From Felis catus (taxonomy: Eukaryota): DNA of 64,000 bases. The stretch's first letter is position 1. Each line of letters begins with the position of its first letter. The DNA lies in contig NC_058368.1 of NCBI RefSeq assembly GCF_018350175.1, positions 29,328,001-29,392,000 of the forward strand, read 5' to 3'. A program made the translations under genes and the position numbers. This document shows, piece by piece, positions 47,440-61,663 of the stretch. Under the pieces are notes generated by a model. That model did not search any database, was not told where the DNA came from, and saw only the letters and a program-made list of their open reading frames with translations.

Positions 47440-48540
47440 AAAAGTTCTATATGTGTGCCCATGTGCATACACTAATATGATAAAGACTATATATTCAAAG
47501 ATGTTTGTTGTAGTATTATTTATAATGGCAACGATAAAAAAGTCATTAAAGTTCATCAGCAAATATTCATATCCTAAGCAAATACACAAATATTCAGTAA
47601 GGATTTACAGAATTTTCAGTAAGGACGGCAGAACCGCATGCAGCTATTCGAAAAAATGTGAAGCTGTGTGCACTGATATGGGAAAATGTTTGCCATAGAA
47701 TTTGTTGTGGTGCAGGGGCACCTGGGTGGCTTAGTCAGTTAGACATCCAACTCTTGATTTCGGCTCAGGTCATGATCTCACGCTTTCGTGGGTTTGAGCC
47801 CCGCAGCTGATGGCTCTGTGCACTAACTACATGGAGCCTGCTTGGGATTCTCTCTCTCCCTCTGTCTCTGGCCTTCCCCTGGTCACACACGCTCTTTCTG
47901 TCTCTCAAAATGAACTTAAAAAAAAAAAAACCCACAAAATTCACAGAGTACAGAAGATATATAATGAGAGGTCCCCCTCCTTTTTCTTGTCCGTCTTATC
48001 CCTGTCCTCTTAACACCTAGTTTTCTTTTCCAATGTTACTAATTTTGTGTGTATCCTTTCAGGCATATTTTCTGGACATATTTGACAGTATGCATATCTT
48101 TTTTTTTCTTTCTTCTTTTTTTTTTTTTTCTTCTAAAATGGCAACATTCTATATAAGCTGCTTCTGGGAGCACACTCTCTATCAGTGTGTCAGGAACATG
48201 TTCATTCTTTGATAGTTTTAGAGTAAACATTGTACAAATATATCATACTCCAATCAGTTTCTCTGGATGGACATTTAGGTGGCTGACAGTCCTTTGCTAT
48301 TACTAACAATGCCGCTGTGAATGCTCTTGTACTTGGATGCTTTTCATATCTTTGCCAAAATTTCTGTAGGACAAAGTTCTCAAAGGGTATGTGCATTTGG
48401 AATTCTGATGAGGTATTACAAAATTGCCATCTGGAAAAGTTATGCCAACTTATGCTGCCACCAGCAGTGGGTAATGCCATTTCCCTACATCCTCTCCCAG
48501 AATGTGTTACTAGATTACAGATCTTTGCTCTGACTTGATT
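47440..48540. mobile_element. Old L1ME-like fragments (plus ~47440-47700; minus ~48000-48540)
   Basis: aagatgtttgttgtagtattatttataat; gatggacatttaggt...tttgctattactaacaatgc...ccaccagcagtg. Confidence 0.6.
47715..47930 (+). mobile_element. Can-SINE
   Basis: Standard sense structure. Confidence 0.9.
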
Positions 48541-48713
48541 CTGACATGACTTCTGCTTGTTTAAGAAATGTTTAGTTCTGTATGTTTTCAGAGCTAGGGT
48601 TCTGCCTTTGCTTTTTCTGCCTAAATTAACCAGAGGAGGTTTCTGTTGTTTGCAACCAAGAACCTAGGCGTACATGTCCGTGAGCTATGATCAATTTTTA
48701 AGAAAAGAATCAA

Positions 48714-48810
48714 GGAGTGCCTGGCCGGCTGTCGTTAGAGCATGTGACTCTTGATCTCAGGGTTGTGAGTTCAGGCCCCACATTGGGCGTGAAGCCTACT
48801 AAAAAAAGAA
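48714..48810 (+). mobile_element. Short Can-SINE
   Basis: gagcatgtgactcttgatctcagggttgtgagttca. Confidence 0.85.
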
Positions 48811-49067
48811 GAGAATAAAATCAAGTTGGCAAGTAATACGCATACAGTGATTCTTATTTTTATAAAGCCAAAACAAATCAGAACAAAACCAACATACACA
48901 TGCATGTGGGTGTTTAGAGAACTACCTGTAAGGACACATACAAGACAGTGGTTGTTTACTTCTGGGTAGAGGGGCTGACGGACAAGGTTAGGGGAACATT
49001 TTAACCTTCCCCCTCAGATACTTGAATATCACTGGAATTTTTTACAATGAGCATATTACACTTTTAA

Positions 49068-49296
49068 TTAATTAATTTATTAAATTATTTTTAAATGTTT
49101 TTTTATTTTTGAGAGAGAGAGACAGAGTGTGAGCCAAGAAGGGGCAGAGAGAGAGAAGGAGACACAGAATCTGAAGCAGGCTCCAGACTCTGAGCTGTCA
49201 GCACAGAGCCTGACGCAGGGCTCGAACCTGTGAACTGTGAAGTCATGACCTGAGCCAAAGTCTGGCGCTTAACCAACTGAGCCACCCAGGTGCCCC
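49068..49296 (-). mobile_element. Can-SINE
   Basis: Long TSD acaatgagcatattacactttt. Confidence 0.94.
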
Positions 49297-49378
49297 ACAA
49301 TGAGCATATTACACTTTTTAAAGTTTTAAATTAAAAAAAAAATAGCAAAACTCTTCTCAAATTTTCAAATCCACAGTG

Positions 49379-49520
49379 CTGTATTAGTTTGCTAGGGCTG
49401 CTCTAACCAAACACCACAGACGGCGTGGCTCTGACAACAGAGTATATTTTCTCACAGTCCTTCAGGCTAGAAGTCCAAGATCAAGGTGCTGACAGATGCA
49501 GTTACCAATGTGTTCTCTCT
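49379..49520 (-). mobile_element. MLT1 LTR fragment
   Basis: tgtattagtttgctagggctgc...ttctcacagt...ggctagaagtccaagatcaaggtg. Confidence 0.7.
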
Positions 49521-51728
49521 GAGATCTGAGATTGAGTGAGGGGTAGCAAGAGACCATCTTTTTCGTTCCTATCCATCTATCCATCTTTTTCATTCCTACT
49601 TGGTTCCGTTTTTATGGGGAAATCACAGTGATATTAGTTTTATGAAAATATTCCTCAAAATCAATGGACACAGGTAGTGTCTCAGACGTAACAGTTTGGG
49701 TCAGAGGCCTCAGGAATGGCAGAAGGCAGGAAATGGCATTCTTACGTGGAGCTACAGTCAACAGACATTTTGAGAACCAGTGAACATCTTTATGGTCTGC
49801 ATGAATTTGAAAACTGGCTACAACAGATATTCAATCCATGTGGGTAGAATTGAATCTTTCAAAGATGATGTGACATGCCCTTGTCCTATTTACATGGTTT
49901 GGGTCACAGATTTTACCTATGACTGCCTAGCCTTTAGTGTTATCATCCCTTGTCAATTTTCTTCCACTTCCACCTCAGGCCAGCCCTCTTCTCTTTTCCA
50001 TCTGACCTTGTTCCAGGAAGCTCTTTCATCTGGGGGTAGGGCAAAGCGAAGGAGCATAGACCCTGTGGCTGGATGTACCAGATTCCCAGAGAAGCCCATT
50101 TTCTGTAATGACAGAATTTATTTTTCTCTTTTTCTCCTTTCTGTGGTCAATGACAAGGGTCAAAGGCATTTAATCAAACCTTTATAGAGAGATGAGTCCC
50201 ATCACCATGCAGTGCGATGGTCAAATTTTTCCTTCTGTCAAAAAATGTATTTTGGGAACAGAGCTGAGTATGATGTGTGAGCTCTTTTTACAGTCGCTGT
50301 TGAAATATGTGTATGGCAAAGATTTGCTAGGCCATTATTTCATCTGTCTCTGGATAAATATTGAAATTGTTGTTAGTATGGATAATACTTAGGAAACATG
50401 AGGACATGTTGTCTTTATTCTGCCAGCTAAATTCAGCTGAGTTCAGCCAGCTAAAGCCAAAATTACCTTCTGATCTCTGAACTGAGATAATTAATGTTCG
50501 AGAAGGCAGTGCAACCACAGCAAAGTCTACAGTTCAGATATCTGATTGCGGTTTCAGAAATAATGACATAATGAAGCTTATAGTAAGAAAAACAAAAGCA
50601 AAAACAAAAAAACTTCTCAAGCCAGCATGTGGTGCCACAATTTATAATGTTTGGGCTACTTTAGGCTTTAGGAACAGCTTGCCAATAGCTTTGCCAATTA
50701 TTTAAGTGATGTAATTTAATTTATTCTGCATCACATAGTGGTTTATTAAGGAACTCGCATTTAGCTCCTTGGTCCTGGAGGACCAGCTCATTTGTTATTG
50801 GTGCTAACAATTTCCAAGCTCTCTCTGCAGACTTCTCCATCATCCTAACTCCAAGAGGAAGGGAGAAATTTGATCCCAGGTGTAATCAAGTGCTGATAAA
50901 GACTTACTTTATGAGCTAGACCTGACATCTCAAACTTCAATTTGAACTTGTAAAATAAGAAGACAGAATGATGTTCTAGTCTCAAGATATTGTAGAAAAT
51001 CTCTTTGGTCCAGAGTAAGGCTCTTTCTCCTGAGTCCACTGCAATTGTTTGTTGTATGGCAGAGCCCTGGGCAGTCCTTTGTATAATTGCTTTCATCTTT
51101 TTGTCAAAGAAGTGGAGAACTACATAACACAGGAGACAAGGAAGGGAAATGAAACACTAGCAAGAAGCTTGATGGGAAGGGGAAATTCCACCTCTGAAAA
51201 GAACGCCAGCCAGTAATGGGTCTCTAAGCACTTAGAGTGTCCCTGTTTAATTTCAAGCCTGGGACCCTGAAAGCTAGATTCCCAATGCAAATTAAAGAAT
51301 AAGGAACTTGTCTGAACTGATAAGGAGAAAAAAAAAATCTCGGGATTGATTCTCCATTTGCCCCAGTGCCAGCAGTTACTTGAGGTCTCTGCATTACCTT
51401 TTCTAGAAATACTCAGGCCAATACTTCCCTCTACCGCTGGGAAGCAATTCTACAACATGCATCGGCCAGAATTATACAAAACAGCATACCTGTTTCACAG
51501 GTGTAGAAACTGAGACATAGGTGTGACGTTGACTTTTGCAAAGTAAAGTCAAAAGGAAAAGTTTAGTAATGGTTCAAGACTCACTTTTGTAGAATATCTA
51601 TAGGTCAGTGCAGGCAAATTTGCCTTTCTTAATATAGATCTTAACCAATTTACGTGAAGATATGAGGCTTGTCCAAAGCAAATAGGTTTTTAAATATGTA
51701 TTTGAAATAGATTTTTAAGAAATTGGTA

Positions 51729-51947
51729 GGGGGTGCCTGGGTGACTCAGTTGGTTAAGTGTCTGACTTGGGCTCAGGTCATGATCTTGTGGTTCATGAGT
51801 TCGAGCCCTGCGTCGGGCTCTGTGCTATCAGTTCAGAGCCTAAAGCCTGCTTTGGATCCTGTGCCTCCCTTGCTCTCTGCTCCTTCCCTGCTGATGTTCT
51901 GTCTCTGTCTCTCTCTCTTAAAAATAAATAAAACATTTAAAAAAAAA
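51729..51947 (+). mobile_element. Can-SINE
   Basis: Standard sense structure. Confidence 0.92.
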
Positions 51948-53094
51948 TTGCTAGAATCTCAGCTGTAACACGTAGAGAGCTTGAAAGCCATCAATTCCAG
52001 CCCTCTCAAGAAGAAAAATGTTTCACAAAATTAAAATCAATACATTTTCTTACAGCCATCAGAAAACTGGCTAGTCTTTACCAGAGAGACTAGTAAATAC
52101 CGAGAACGTGTCAGCTTACCTGCTTAAATACAGAGAACGTGTCAGCTTACCTGCAGTAGAAGCCCTGCAGCCAGTACTGTAGGTAACAAAGGTAACTGAC
52201 AAATCGCTGGAGGCTGAAGGTGGACTGCCTGAGTTACCAACTCCTGAGAGCCCAGTCTAAGGTGGGGTGGGGGCTGAGGGAGGACATGTTTCTTTGACTT
52301 TACCTCCTGGAGCACCACCAGTCCTCATAGTGAAGACCTGAGAAAAGTTCCCTCTGTTTGGCTCAGGGGGAGGGGGAAAATACCCATTTTGAAATATGCC
52401 TAGGGGGAAAAGAATCATTTTGAAATACCTTCAAGTGCATTGTTTTTCATAACAAAGGCCCACCATCAAGGGAAACTGCTTTATCAGAGCCTTAAGGAAG
52501 GTAGGAGAAGGGAAATTCCAACTCTAGCACCTTGGAGTCTTCCAGTATCACCTAAGTGGGGGAGAGAGGACGCTGACAAGCACTTATGAAGGTCACAACC
52601 CACTAAACACCGAGACTTAATCACCAGATAATAGGATGCTTCCCTTCCACTTTAGCACCACATCAACAGGGTCCCGGTATAGTAACAGTGCAAACAGCTG
52701 AAAGAATGAACCATGAGGCTCAGGCTGTATTTAAGAAGGAATTTCTAGGCCAAGACAACAGAGGAGAGAAAAACAAGGACATTATATCAAATTGAAACCT
52801 CTGACATCTACAGCTGTAGGAAACATTAAACACAGCCTAACTCCAAGGGAAACAAGCATAAAATCTCACAGGAAAGGCCTATTTACCTCACTTCTTTTTA
52901 TCCAATATATCATGAATGGCTTTATATCATAGATATAAATATGGCAGAGATTTTAGAATTATGAGAAGTTTAAGATAACTCATGAAAATGCTAATGGCTC
53001 TAACGGAAAAAGTGGTCAACATACAAGAACAGAAGAGTGATGTAGAGAGAGATGGAAACAGAAGCAGAGAGAGAGAACCTCAAAAAAATCAAAA

Positions 53095-53295
53095 GGAGGT
53101 GCACCTGGCTCAGTCAGTTAAGCATCTGACTCTTGATTTTGGCTCAGGTCATGATCTCACAGTTCAGTTCATGGGTTCAAGTCCCACATGGGGCTCCATG
53201 CTGATAGTGCAGAGCCTACTTGGGATTCTCTATCTCTCCCTCTCTCTCTGCACCTTTCCTGCTTGCTCTCTCTCTCTCTCTCTCAAAAAAAAAAT
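53095..53295 (+). mobile_element. Can-SINE
   Basis: Standard sense structure. Confidence 0.88.
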
Positions 53296-53669
53296 AATCA
53301 TTTTAAAATATCAAAAGGAAATTCTATGAATAAGAAACATTGCACAAATGAAGAATGCCTTTGATGGGCTCATTAGTAGACTGGACATGGTCAAGTTAGC
53401 CATCAGTCAGCTTGAAGGTATGTCCATTGAAATCTCCCAGCGTGAAATGCAAAGAAATAAAAGAATGAAAAACAACACCACTGGAACAGAATATCTAAGA
53501 AGTATACGACACCAAGAGTAAATTCTAACGTAAGCTCTGGGCTTTGGGTGATTATGTGTCAATGTAGGTTCACCAGTTGTAACCAATGTACCACTCTGTT
53601 GAGGGATGTTGAAAACGGAAGGTATACATATGTGGGGGCAGGAGTACATAGGAAGTCTCTGTACCTTCT

Positions 53670-53786
53670 TTTCTTTTTTTTAAGGATTTTATTTTTTAAG
53701 TAATGTCTACACCCAATGTGAGGCTCCAACTCGCATCAGCGAGATCACAAGTCACATGCTCAACCGACTGAGCCAGCTAGGCACCC
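53670..53786 (-). mobile_element. Short Can-SINE
   Basis: TSD ctgtaccttcttttc. Confidence 0.85.
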
Positions 53787-54139
53787 CTGTACCTTCTTTT
53801 CAATTTTGTTGTGAACCTAAAACCTTTCTTTAAAAATCCCCATTTTACATAAGAAGGTAGAGGTAGAGAGTTTAAATAGCTTGCCTAAAATTTTCCAAGG
53901 TCTGCCACGTACAAAGGCGGGACTGGCAGAATCCATCTGGCAATAGAACTTTATCTTTAACCAGTGCACTTTTTTTTCTGAATCTTGCTTCTTTTACCTA
54001 AAAATGTATGTTGCAGATCAATTCATAAAAGCACCTATAGAGTTCCTTTTAATTTAACCTGTTTTGTGTTGCTAGACCTTCAAGTTGTTTCTAATCTGAT
54101 TTAGAAATAATGCTACATTAATCTTATACATGTCACTGC

Positions 54140-54577
54140 TGTCAATGTGAAATGAACAAACCTTTCAGAATTTCTAACAGTAAGAAAGAGTTTTATTTGA
54201 GCCCAAGTTAGGACAGTTGCCTGGGAAACACAGTCTTCACAAGGAAGAAAGTGCTTCAGAGAATGAACAGTTTTTACACAGTTATGTGCTTTTTTACATA
54301 TTGTAACAGCTCATAAGATTATAGATTAGCAGATAGGCAGGAATCACAAGTTTTATCATAAAGGAATGCAGGGAGTAGAAGACTTGATCAATATCTCAAG
54401 GACAAGATGGTTTTCCTTTAGGCTACTCACTCACAAAGCAGATGTACAATGCATGTGTGGTGGGCCGTAAATCAGGCTTTTGATTTGAACAAAGTTAATA
54501 TATATAATCATGTTGACTAAGAAAGAAATCTAAAATGGCTTCCCTTTATATCAGGTCTTAGAGTTTCTTTTTCATCA
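54140..54577 (-). mobile_element. 3' LTR of an ERV1-class provirus
   Basis: TG...CA ends, minus-strand AATAAA near 54192-54197, and an adjacent polypurine tract on the minus strand (aaaaggagaaaa, 54578-54589). Confidence 0.7.
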
Positions 54578-54779
54578 TTTTCTCCTTTTGATCAATAATC
54601 TTTTGACAAAAAGCATTGAGGATCGTTATTTTGTCCCTCGATACTAGGGTGATTGCTTATCTGCCCTGGGTCCATCACGTCCCTTGATGCTAGGCCTGCT
54701 TTGGGTTACCTAGGAGTCTACGTGGGGGGAGAGATGTCAACAATATGTCCTTTAATAGGGGATATTATAATTATATATT

Positions 54780-57700
54780 TATTTTTTTAATGTTTATTTA
54801 TTTTGATAGAGTTCAAGTGGGAGAGGGGCAGAGAGATATAGAGAATCCTAAGCAGGCTGAGAGCTGTCAGAGCTGAGCCCCACGCAGGGCTTGATCTCAT
54901 GAACCATGAGATCACAACTTGAGCCGAAATCAAGAGCTAGATGCTCAACTGGCTGAGCCACCCAGGTACCCTGATATATATATATTTATATTTATTTAAT
55001 ATATATACTTATTATATATATTTATATTTAATATATATTTGTATATTTAATATATATTTATATTTAATATATATTTATTTACTTTGAAGGAGAGAAAGAG
55101 AACACGAGTTGGGGAGGGGCAAAGAGAGAGGACAGAGAGAATCCCAAGTGGGTTCTGGGCCTGCCGTCAGTGCAGAGCCCAAGGTGGGGCGCAAACTCAC
55201 AAAGTGTGAGATCATGACCTGAGCCGAAGCTAAGAATTGGACACTTAACCTACTGAGCCATTCAGGTGTGCCATCAATGAAATGAAACTGTGTGCAAACA
55301 CTGTATGTGTGCTTTGTGGTGAGTTTTGCCTTTACATTTTTTGGTAACACTTATAGCATAAGTATAGAAATAATATAAAAATCCAGTTAATAACATTCAA
55401 AGTAACTAATGAAGAGTAGGGACAGACATACATGACAAGAGAAGAATCTAAAAATATCCATTACATTTATTTTGATAATCTTAAATTAATTGAGTATCTG
55501 TTTACCTTTTTTATCTAGTTATTTGTACTTTATGATGTTTTATCTGATTGATTTAAAATAGTCATTAAGGGGCACCTGGGTGGCTCAGTTGGTTAAGTGT
55601 ACAACTCTTGATTCAGCTCAGGTCATGATCTCATGGTTCCTGGTGTTGAGCCCTGCATCTGCTTGCGATTGTCTCTCTCTCTCTCTCTCTCTCTCTCAAA
55701 ATAAATAAATGAACTTAAAAAATAAATAGATAAAAATAAAAAATAGTCATTAAATTTTATGTTATTATAAATAAGTAATCATTTCTCTGATTAGTTTCCA
55801 TAGATATTACATCTTGTGGTGGTTGTAATTCTATCTCCCAGAACATTTGGTTATTAATATCAATATTAGTATAATTTTTGTTAGAGTCAGGCAATTCTAT
55901 TCGAGGTGTAAAGCCAATCTTATAGTATATAGCAGTAGCGTTATAATAAAAACTACTCTGGTCACACAATAAATCAAGGAGTAATACAGAAGTGTTTTGT
56001 AAACCTTCCCAACAAAATCTTCCTTTTTCCCATATACTGTGTGTTAGTTTGTATAGGCATAGCCATTACGGACCAAGTTGGAGTGAATTCAGGGTTCCAT
56101 TGTTGTTCAGGGAATAATCATATATCTTGCCTGAATTCACAGATGTCTGTATATAATGGAATCCAATAAGAATCATTGGCTAATAAGGCTATCTTCCTCT
56201 AGTCAGAAGAACTCTGGTGGTATTTACAATAGTTTCTTTCCCTATTATCGTGTTGAAATAAGTCTGGTTGGCCATAAATTTGGCTATTAAGGAGGTAAAC
56301 ATTATAAAAGTTACAGAAGTCTTTAATGATTTGCCACACATTAGGAAAGCATACATTTTGGGTTTCTGCAGTTAATAAAGAAGGTCACGGACCCATATTT
56401 ACCTCAGAACCTTATGGGTTGTATGGTAGAGTTAGATCTCAGAGGTGGCTGAATCCACCAAGTTATTCCTTCAGTAGCATCTCTGACAGATAGCCATTGT
56501 TTTTTTCTTATTTTGTTTCAGGCCGTTCCATCCACACAATGTGAGTACATTTGGATATTTTGGCATGTTGGACAAGCTGTTGCTCAGTTTCTCCCATTGT
56601 TGTAGCTGGGGGGCTTACTTCAATTATCACCTAAGTTTATAGAGATACAATTGTCAATCTGTTAAGTGTTATATATAAAACAGGTTAAATGTGACTTAGG
56701 TAATGTTTCTTTCTTTTTTTTAAGATCCATAGAGCAGAAATGATCTTTTTTAAAAAAATTAAGTTTATTTATTTTTGAGAGAGAGACAGAGAGAGTGAGT
56801 GGGGGAGGGGCAGAGAGAGGGGGAGAGAGAGCATCCTGTCAGCACACAGCCCCATGTGGGGCTCCAACTCACAAACCATGAGGTCATGACCTCAGCTGAA
56901 ACCAATAGTTGGATGCTTAACTGACTGAGCCACCCAGGCACCCCCTGATCTTTTTGTAAAAAATGTTTATTTATTTATTTTTGTGAGAGAGAGAGAACAT
57001 GCAAGGGAGGGGCAAAGAGAGAGGGAGGCAGAGAACCCAAAGAGGGCTCTGCGCTGACAGCAGGGAGTCTGATGTGGGGCTCCAACTCACAAACTGCGAG
57101 GTCATGACCTGAGCCAAAGTCTGACACGTAACTGACTGAGCCACCCAAGCACCCCTAATATTACAATTCTAAAAGAAGAATGGAAATATAGGCCTGGTCC
57201 TGAATCTTGGGAAAAGTGGTCTACCCTGATGTCATCTACTTCTCATGGTAGTTTGTAGCTTGAATGTCTCTGATGATCTTTGAGTGGCCCACTGAGCAAC
57301 AGGCACAAAGATTGATGCTGCATGAACTACTGCAGTAATTTCTTTACATCAAGGTGTTTGTATTTGAAATTTTCAGGGCTTCAGGGAAAAGGGCAGTTTT
57401 AGTTCTCAAATGATTCCAAGTTAGAAAGGTGGGAGGAAAATCAACGTGTTGGTTTGGACAGCTGTAGCCTGGCATTGGAGAACACTGCTAGAAGAAGTCA
57501 GGATCTAGTCTAGTGCACAGTGAATAGTATTAAAATCTAATATCTACAAAGATGTGTTGTTGAAACATTTTTTTTCTTTTATCACCCTCATTTTTACCCA
57601 AAAGAGCCAAATTAAGACTGATTTGTTTGTAATCAGTTCTAATCAACATGGCCTCATTATTTACATAAGCACAGGAAGAATAGTGATTGACCATATAAGT

Positions 57701-60700
57701 TCTTTTGGATCTGCTTTGCTGGAACTTTTTATAAGCAATTTTAGGTTGAACTTTTAATAGCCTCTCAAGACCAGAAGCCGAGCCGAATTCTTTTTTTTTT
57801 CTAAAAAAATTTTTTAATGTTTATTTATTGTTGAGAGAGGGAGAGAGAGAGCGTGAGCAGGGTAGGGGCAGAGAGAGAGGGAGACACAGAATCTGAAGCA
57901 GGCTCCAGGCCCTGAGCTGTCAGCGCAGAGCGTGACGTGGGGCTCGAACTCGTGAACTGTGAGATCGTGACCTGAGCTGAAGTCGGACGCTTAACCGACT
58001 GAGCCACCCAGGTGCCCCCAAGCCGAATTCCTGCTGTCGGGTTTGCCTGCAATACCTGTAGATATGGGGGAATTCCTCTTCTTGAGGTCTCCAAAATATT
58101 GTGAGGTTTCTGCACCTGCCAGGACGTGACATTTTTTACTCACCTGGTAAGGCTGGGGGAACTCTGTAAGCAAAATATCAGGCTGATATTTCCAAGGGGC
58201 TTTGTTGGATCCATAAAGTCAGCTTTAATTCCTTAAAGCTGTCTGGTCATATCTGAGTCTATGCATGTCTTTCCCAGATATGACATTCCAGTCAAAGCCT
58301 TGGTAACATAACCAGTGTTTCCAATGGTGTCTTGTTACAAGGAAAACAGATTCTTACTGAATATTAGCAAATAATTGTAATTGCCATGAAAGAAAGAATA
58401 CTCACTGGGAGTTTCTGAATTCTGGAAGGTAAATGTTTCAATTTGTTCACAAAGGAATACTTTACCCTATCTCCGTAAGTCATAAATGTCTTACGAGAAA
58501 AAGTTTCCTTAAATCTGGAAGAGCAGATCTTCTAATAAGACGACCAGCAATGTTTCATTTTTTATTTTATTTTTTAATGTTTATTTATCTTGAAAGAGAG
58601 AGAGAGAGAAAGAGTGGGGGGAGGGGGAGAGAGAGAGGGAAAGAGAGAGAGAATCCAAGCAGGCTCTGCACTGTCAGCACAGAGCCAGATGTGGGACTCA
58701 ATCTCATGAACTGTGAGATCGTGATCTGAACTAAAATCAAGAGTCAGACGCTTAACCAACTGACCACCCAGGCATCCCGGACCAGCAATGTTTCAAACAA
58801 AAGTGGTCACGACTATAATCATCTTTCTTAATTTATTCAGTTTCATGTTACTAATATTTGTTCTGTTTGAATGCAGCTTTTCCTTTAGATTTGCAAATTC
58901 CTACTCAGCTTAGTTTTATTGCTTTAAATATATCAGAAACCAGAGTTTGTCAAAAAGTTTCATGAATCTGCTTGAAGAGGAAACACGTTTTGCAAGAGCA
59001 TCAGAACAATAACACTAAATGACAAAAGACTAAAAAATGGCCATGGTTAAAGATCTGATGAGTGTTCGTAATAATGCATTTGACAAGGAAATTCAGTTAT
59101 TTCTGTGACACACGCGTTTTAATCATTAGATGACCTTACTTACACCAGAACATATTAAAACTTCAAGAATTTCATATAATTTCTAAAACAGTTACAGCAT
59201 TTACCCATACAATATAACGTAAGAAGGTGTCTCATTAGTTGTTTGACAGTGCTTCCCATGTAACTTACCATACAAAGTAAACAAGCCTGATTAGTCAAAA
59301 TGACTTCATTTGGAATTCGAATCTTGGGAAGTTTTGTTAAAAACCTCAGAAGGTTTTAAAGCACATACCTAAGTGGGATTACAGATCATTAAAAAACTTA
59401 ATTAAAAAAAATTTTTTTTTAATTTTTATTTCTGAGAAAGAGAGAGAGAGACAGAGCATGAGTCGGGGAGGGTCCGAGAGAGAGAGGGAGACACAGAATC
59501 CAAAGGAGACTCCAGGCTCTAAGCTGTCAGCACAGAGCCGGACACAGGGCTCCAAATGGGAGATCGTCACCTGAGCCGAAGTCAGATGCCCAGCCGAGTG
59601 AGCCACCCAAGCGCCCCAAAAAACTTAATTTTTAATTATCTATATAACCAAGGTGGCAGTAAGAGATTCAAAAGGCAAATACAGAAGGTTATCTAGTTCT
59701 TAGCAAAACTTAGATCCTTTTAATATTCAGTTTTAACTTCCTCACATAATTAAAGACCTGACAAAGACAAAGCATAGAAAGTTCTTGGGGGTTTTTTGGA
59801 GGGGAGTGGGGGCAGATAAAAACTTTACTTATAATTTCTTATCAAAAGCAGACCAACAATCCAAGAAAACAGAGAGAAAGGTTAAATCTCAATCTTCTAT
59901 CAATGTACATTTAACACTCATTCATTCCAATTTTATTTAGCCCTTACCACGCATAAAATTCTTCTCCAAAGATTTCCCTTTACAAACTTTCTACAACTTT
60001 CTTTTTCATTTAGATTTTGTCCTAAGTCTTCTTTCTCTAAACAACCAGCCTTATTTAGGACAAACTTGCTTTCTTTTCCCTCGTTTCCCTTTTCCTCATA
60101 CCTTCTTTCTTATCAAAAACACATCTTATTTTTCCTGCAGATGGAGTTGTTTCCCTTATCATTTCTAGCAGTCTCCACGACATTTATCAGGATTTTAACT
60201 TTGAGAAACCTCAGACTCCACTGAAAACTAAATAGTAACCAATTGTGAACTGTTACACCAGAATTCCTTAGATTGGAAATTTATGAATACATTTTTTAAT
60301 TTCTAGAAACATATTTTTTCCCCATCATACAATCTTTCAATTAAGTACAAAGCATGTTTATCAACAGACCCGAGTATCCTCCAGTTTCTCTGCAATAAGA
60401 GGCCAAAGCAGACAAACCTAAGGTCAGTAATCAGGTACTTTAGTATTCTTAGTTGGAAAAGACTTAGATACCTAGATACCCAATGAATTCAGCCCAATTT
60501 ACCATTTAATTTAGCAGAACTTCAAAGTTTCAGGCTACCAAAGATTTTGAAAGCTATAAAACTTTTTATTTATTTAACCTATTTGCTCATACAGTTATGC
60601 ATGAAAACCTCATGAGACAGACAAAACCAACCATCATTTTAAGTCATTTTTTGCTGACAATTTGGAACAGAGATAATGCAAGCTTATTTGACCTTTAGTA

Positions 60701-61581
60701 TATTTTGATAGAATAGCTTTATATTTAATGCTAGTAAATCTAAAGACATGTCTGTTTTAATTAAACAACAAACTTAAACTCATTTTTTTCTTTTTGAGTT
60801 TATTTTGAAAGAGAGAGAGGGAGAGAGGGAGAGAGAGAGAGAGAGCGCGCTCATGGGGGAGGAGCAGAGAAAGAGAGGGAGAGAATCTGAAGCAGGGTCC
60901 TTGCTGTCAGCACAGAGCCCAAAGTGGGGCTCGATCTCACAAACCATGAGATTATCACCCAGCGGAAATCAAGAGTCAGATGATTAATCAACGGAGCCAC
61001 TTAGGTGCCCCCAAACTTACACTAGTTTTAATTATTGAATTTTTTCTTACATCCTATGAACTTGAAACACATTTGTGTTAGTCTCTTTCTGAGCTTTAGA
61101 ATGCACAATTCCTGTAAACATTTGACTTTAAAACAATTAAATAGAGCTCTTTTACAAACTAATTTTAACAATACCATCTGGACATAGAAAAAATATCTCA
61201 CATTTATAACACACACATACACAAACGAGGTGCAAACAAAATCTAGTCTTTGTTTCATTAATATTTGTGAAGAGGACATTAAAAGTGCAATTTCCAAATC
61301 TTTCTCTTTATTTTGTTAGGAAAAGTAATAAAACTCAAAATCAAATAGAAAGACTATTCTTTTCTCCAATTCTCCACTATTTTTTGGTGAGAATACCATT
61401 TTTTCCCACACCAGTAAGTATGTCATCAGGAATTGTAGTTCTTACAAGTAAAACATAGTTTCTATATTTTTTTTTCAGAAAAAAAAAATTTTAAGTAGTT
61501 CTCTGTCCAATGCGGGGCTTAAACTTATGACCCTGAGATCAAGAGTCACATGCTCCACAGACTGAGCCAGCCAGGCACTCC
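54780..61581. mobile_element. Ten Can-SINEs inside the ERV interior (about 54780-54971 -, 55075-55272 -, 55569-55743 +, 56745-56945 -, 56960-57154 -, 57790-58019 -, 58558-58778 -, 59400-59617 -, 60783-61012 -, 61480-61581 -)
   Basis: Each shows a Can-SINE head and A/T tail; several have TSDs (gaccagcaatgtttca; agccgaattc; aaaaaacttaatt). Confidence 0.88.
54974..55076. repeat. AT-rich low-complexity tract
   Basis: Read directly. Confidence 0.9.
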
Positions 61582-61663
61582 CAGAAATTTTTTTAATTAA
61601 GCTTTTAATTATAATTCTAATATTTTTTTAAATTCCAGTATTGTTCACATACAGTGTTATATT

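Larger units (their letters stand above)
51950..53830 (+). mobile_element. Old L1 5'/ORF1 start joined to an L1MC-like 3' fragment
   Basis: aatgaagaatgcctttgatgggctcattagtagactggaca; then ctttgggtgattatgtgtcaatgtaggttca. Confidence 0.7.

Noticed and set aside
49780..50187. 135-aa ORF
   Set aside because: GTG start, no recognisable homology, and a length expected by chance.
55760..56700. Possible env remnant in the ERV interior
   Set aside because: The position fits, but I could not find furin, ISD or CX6CC motifs.
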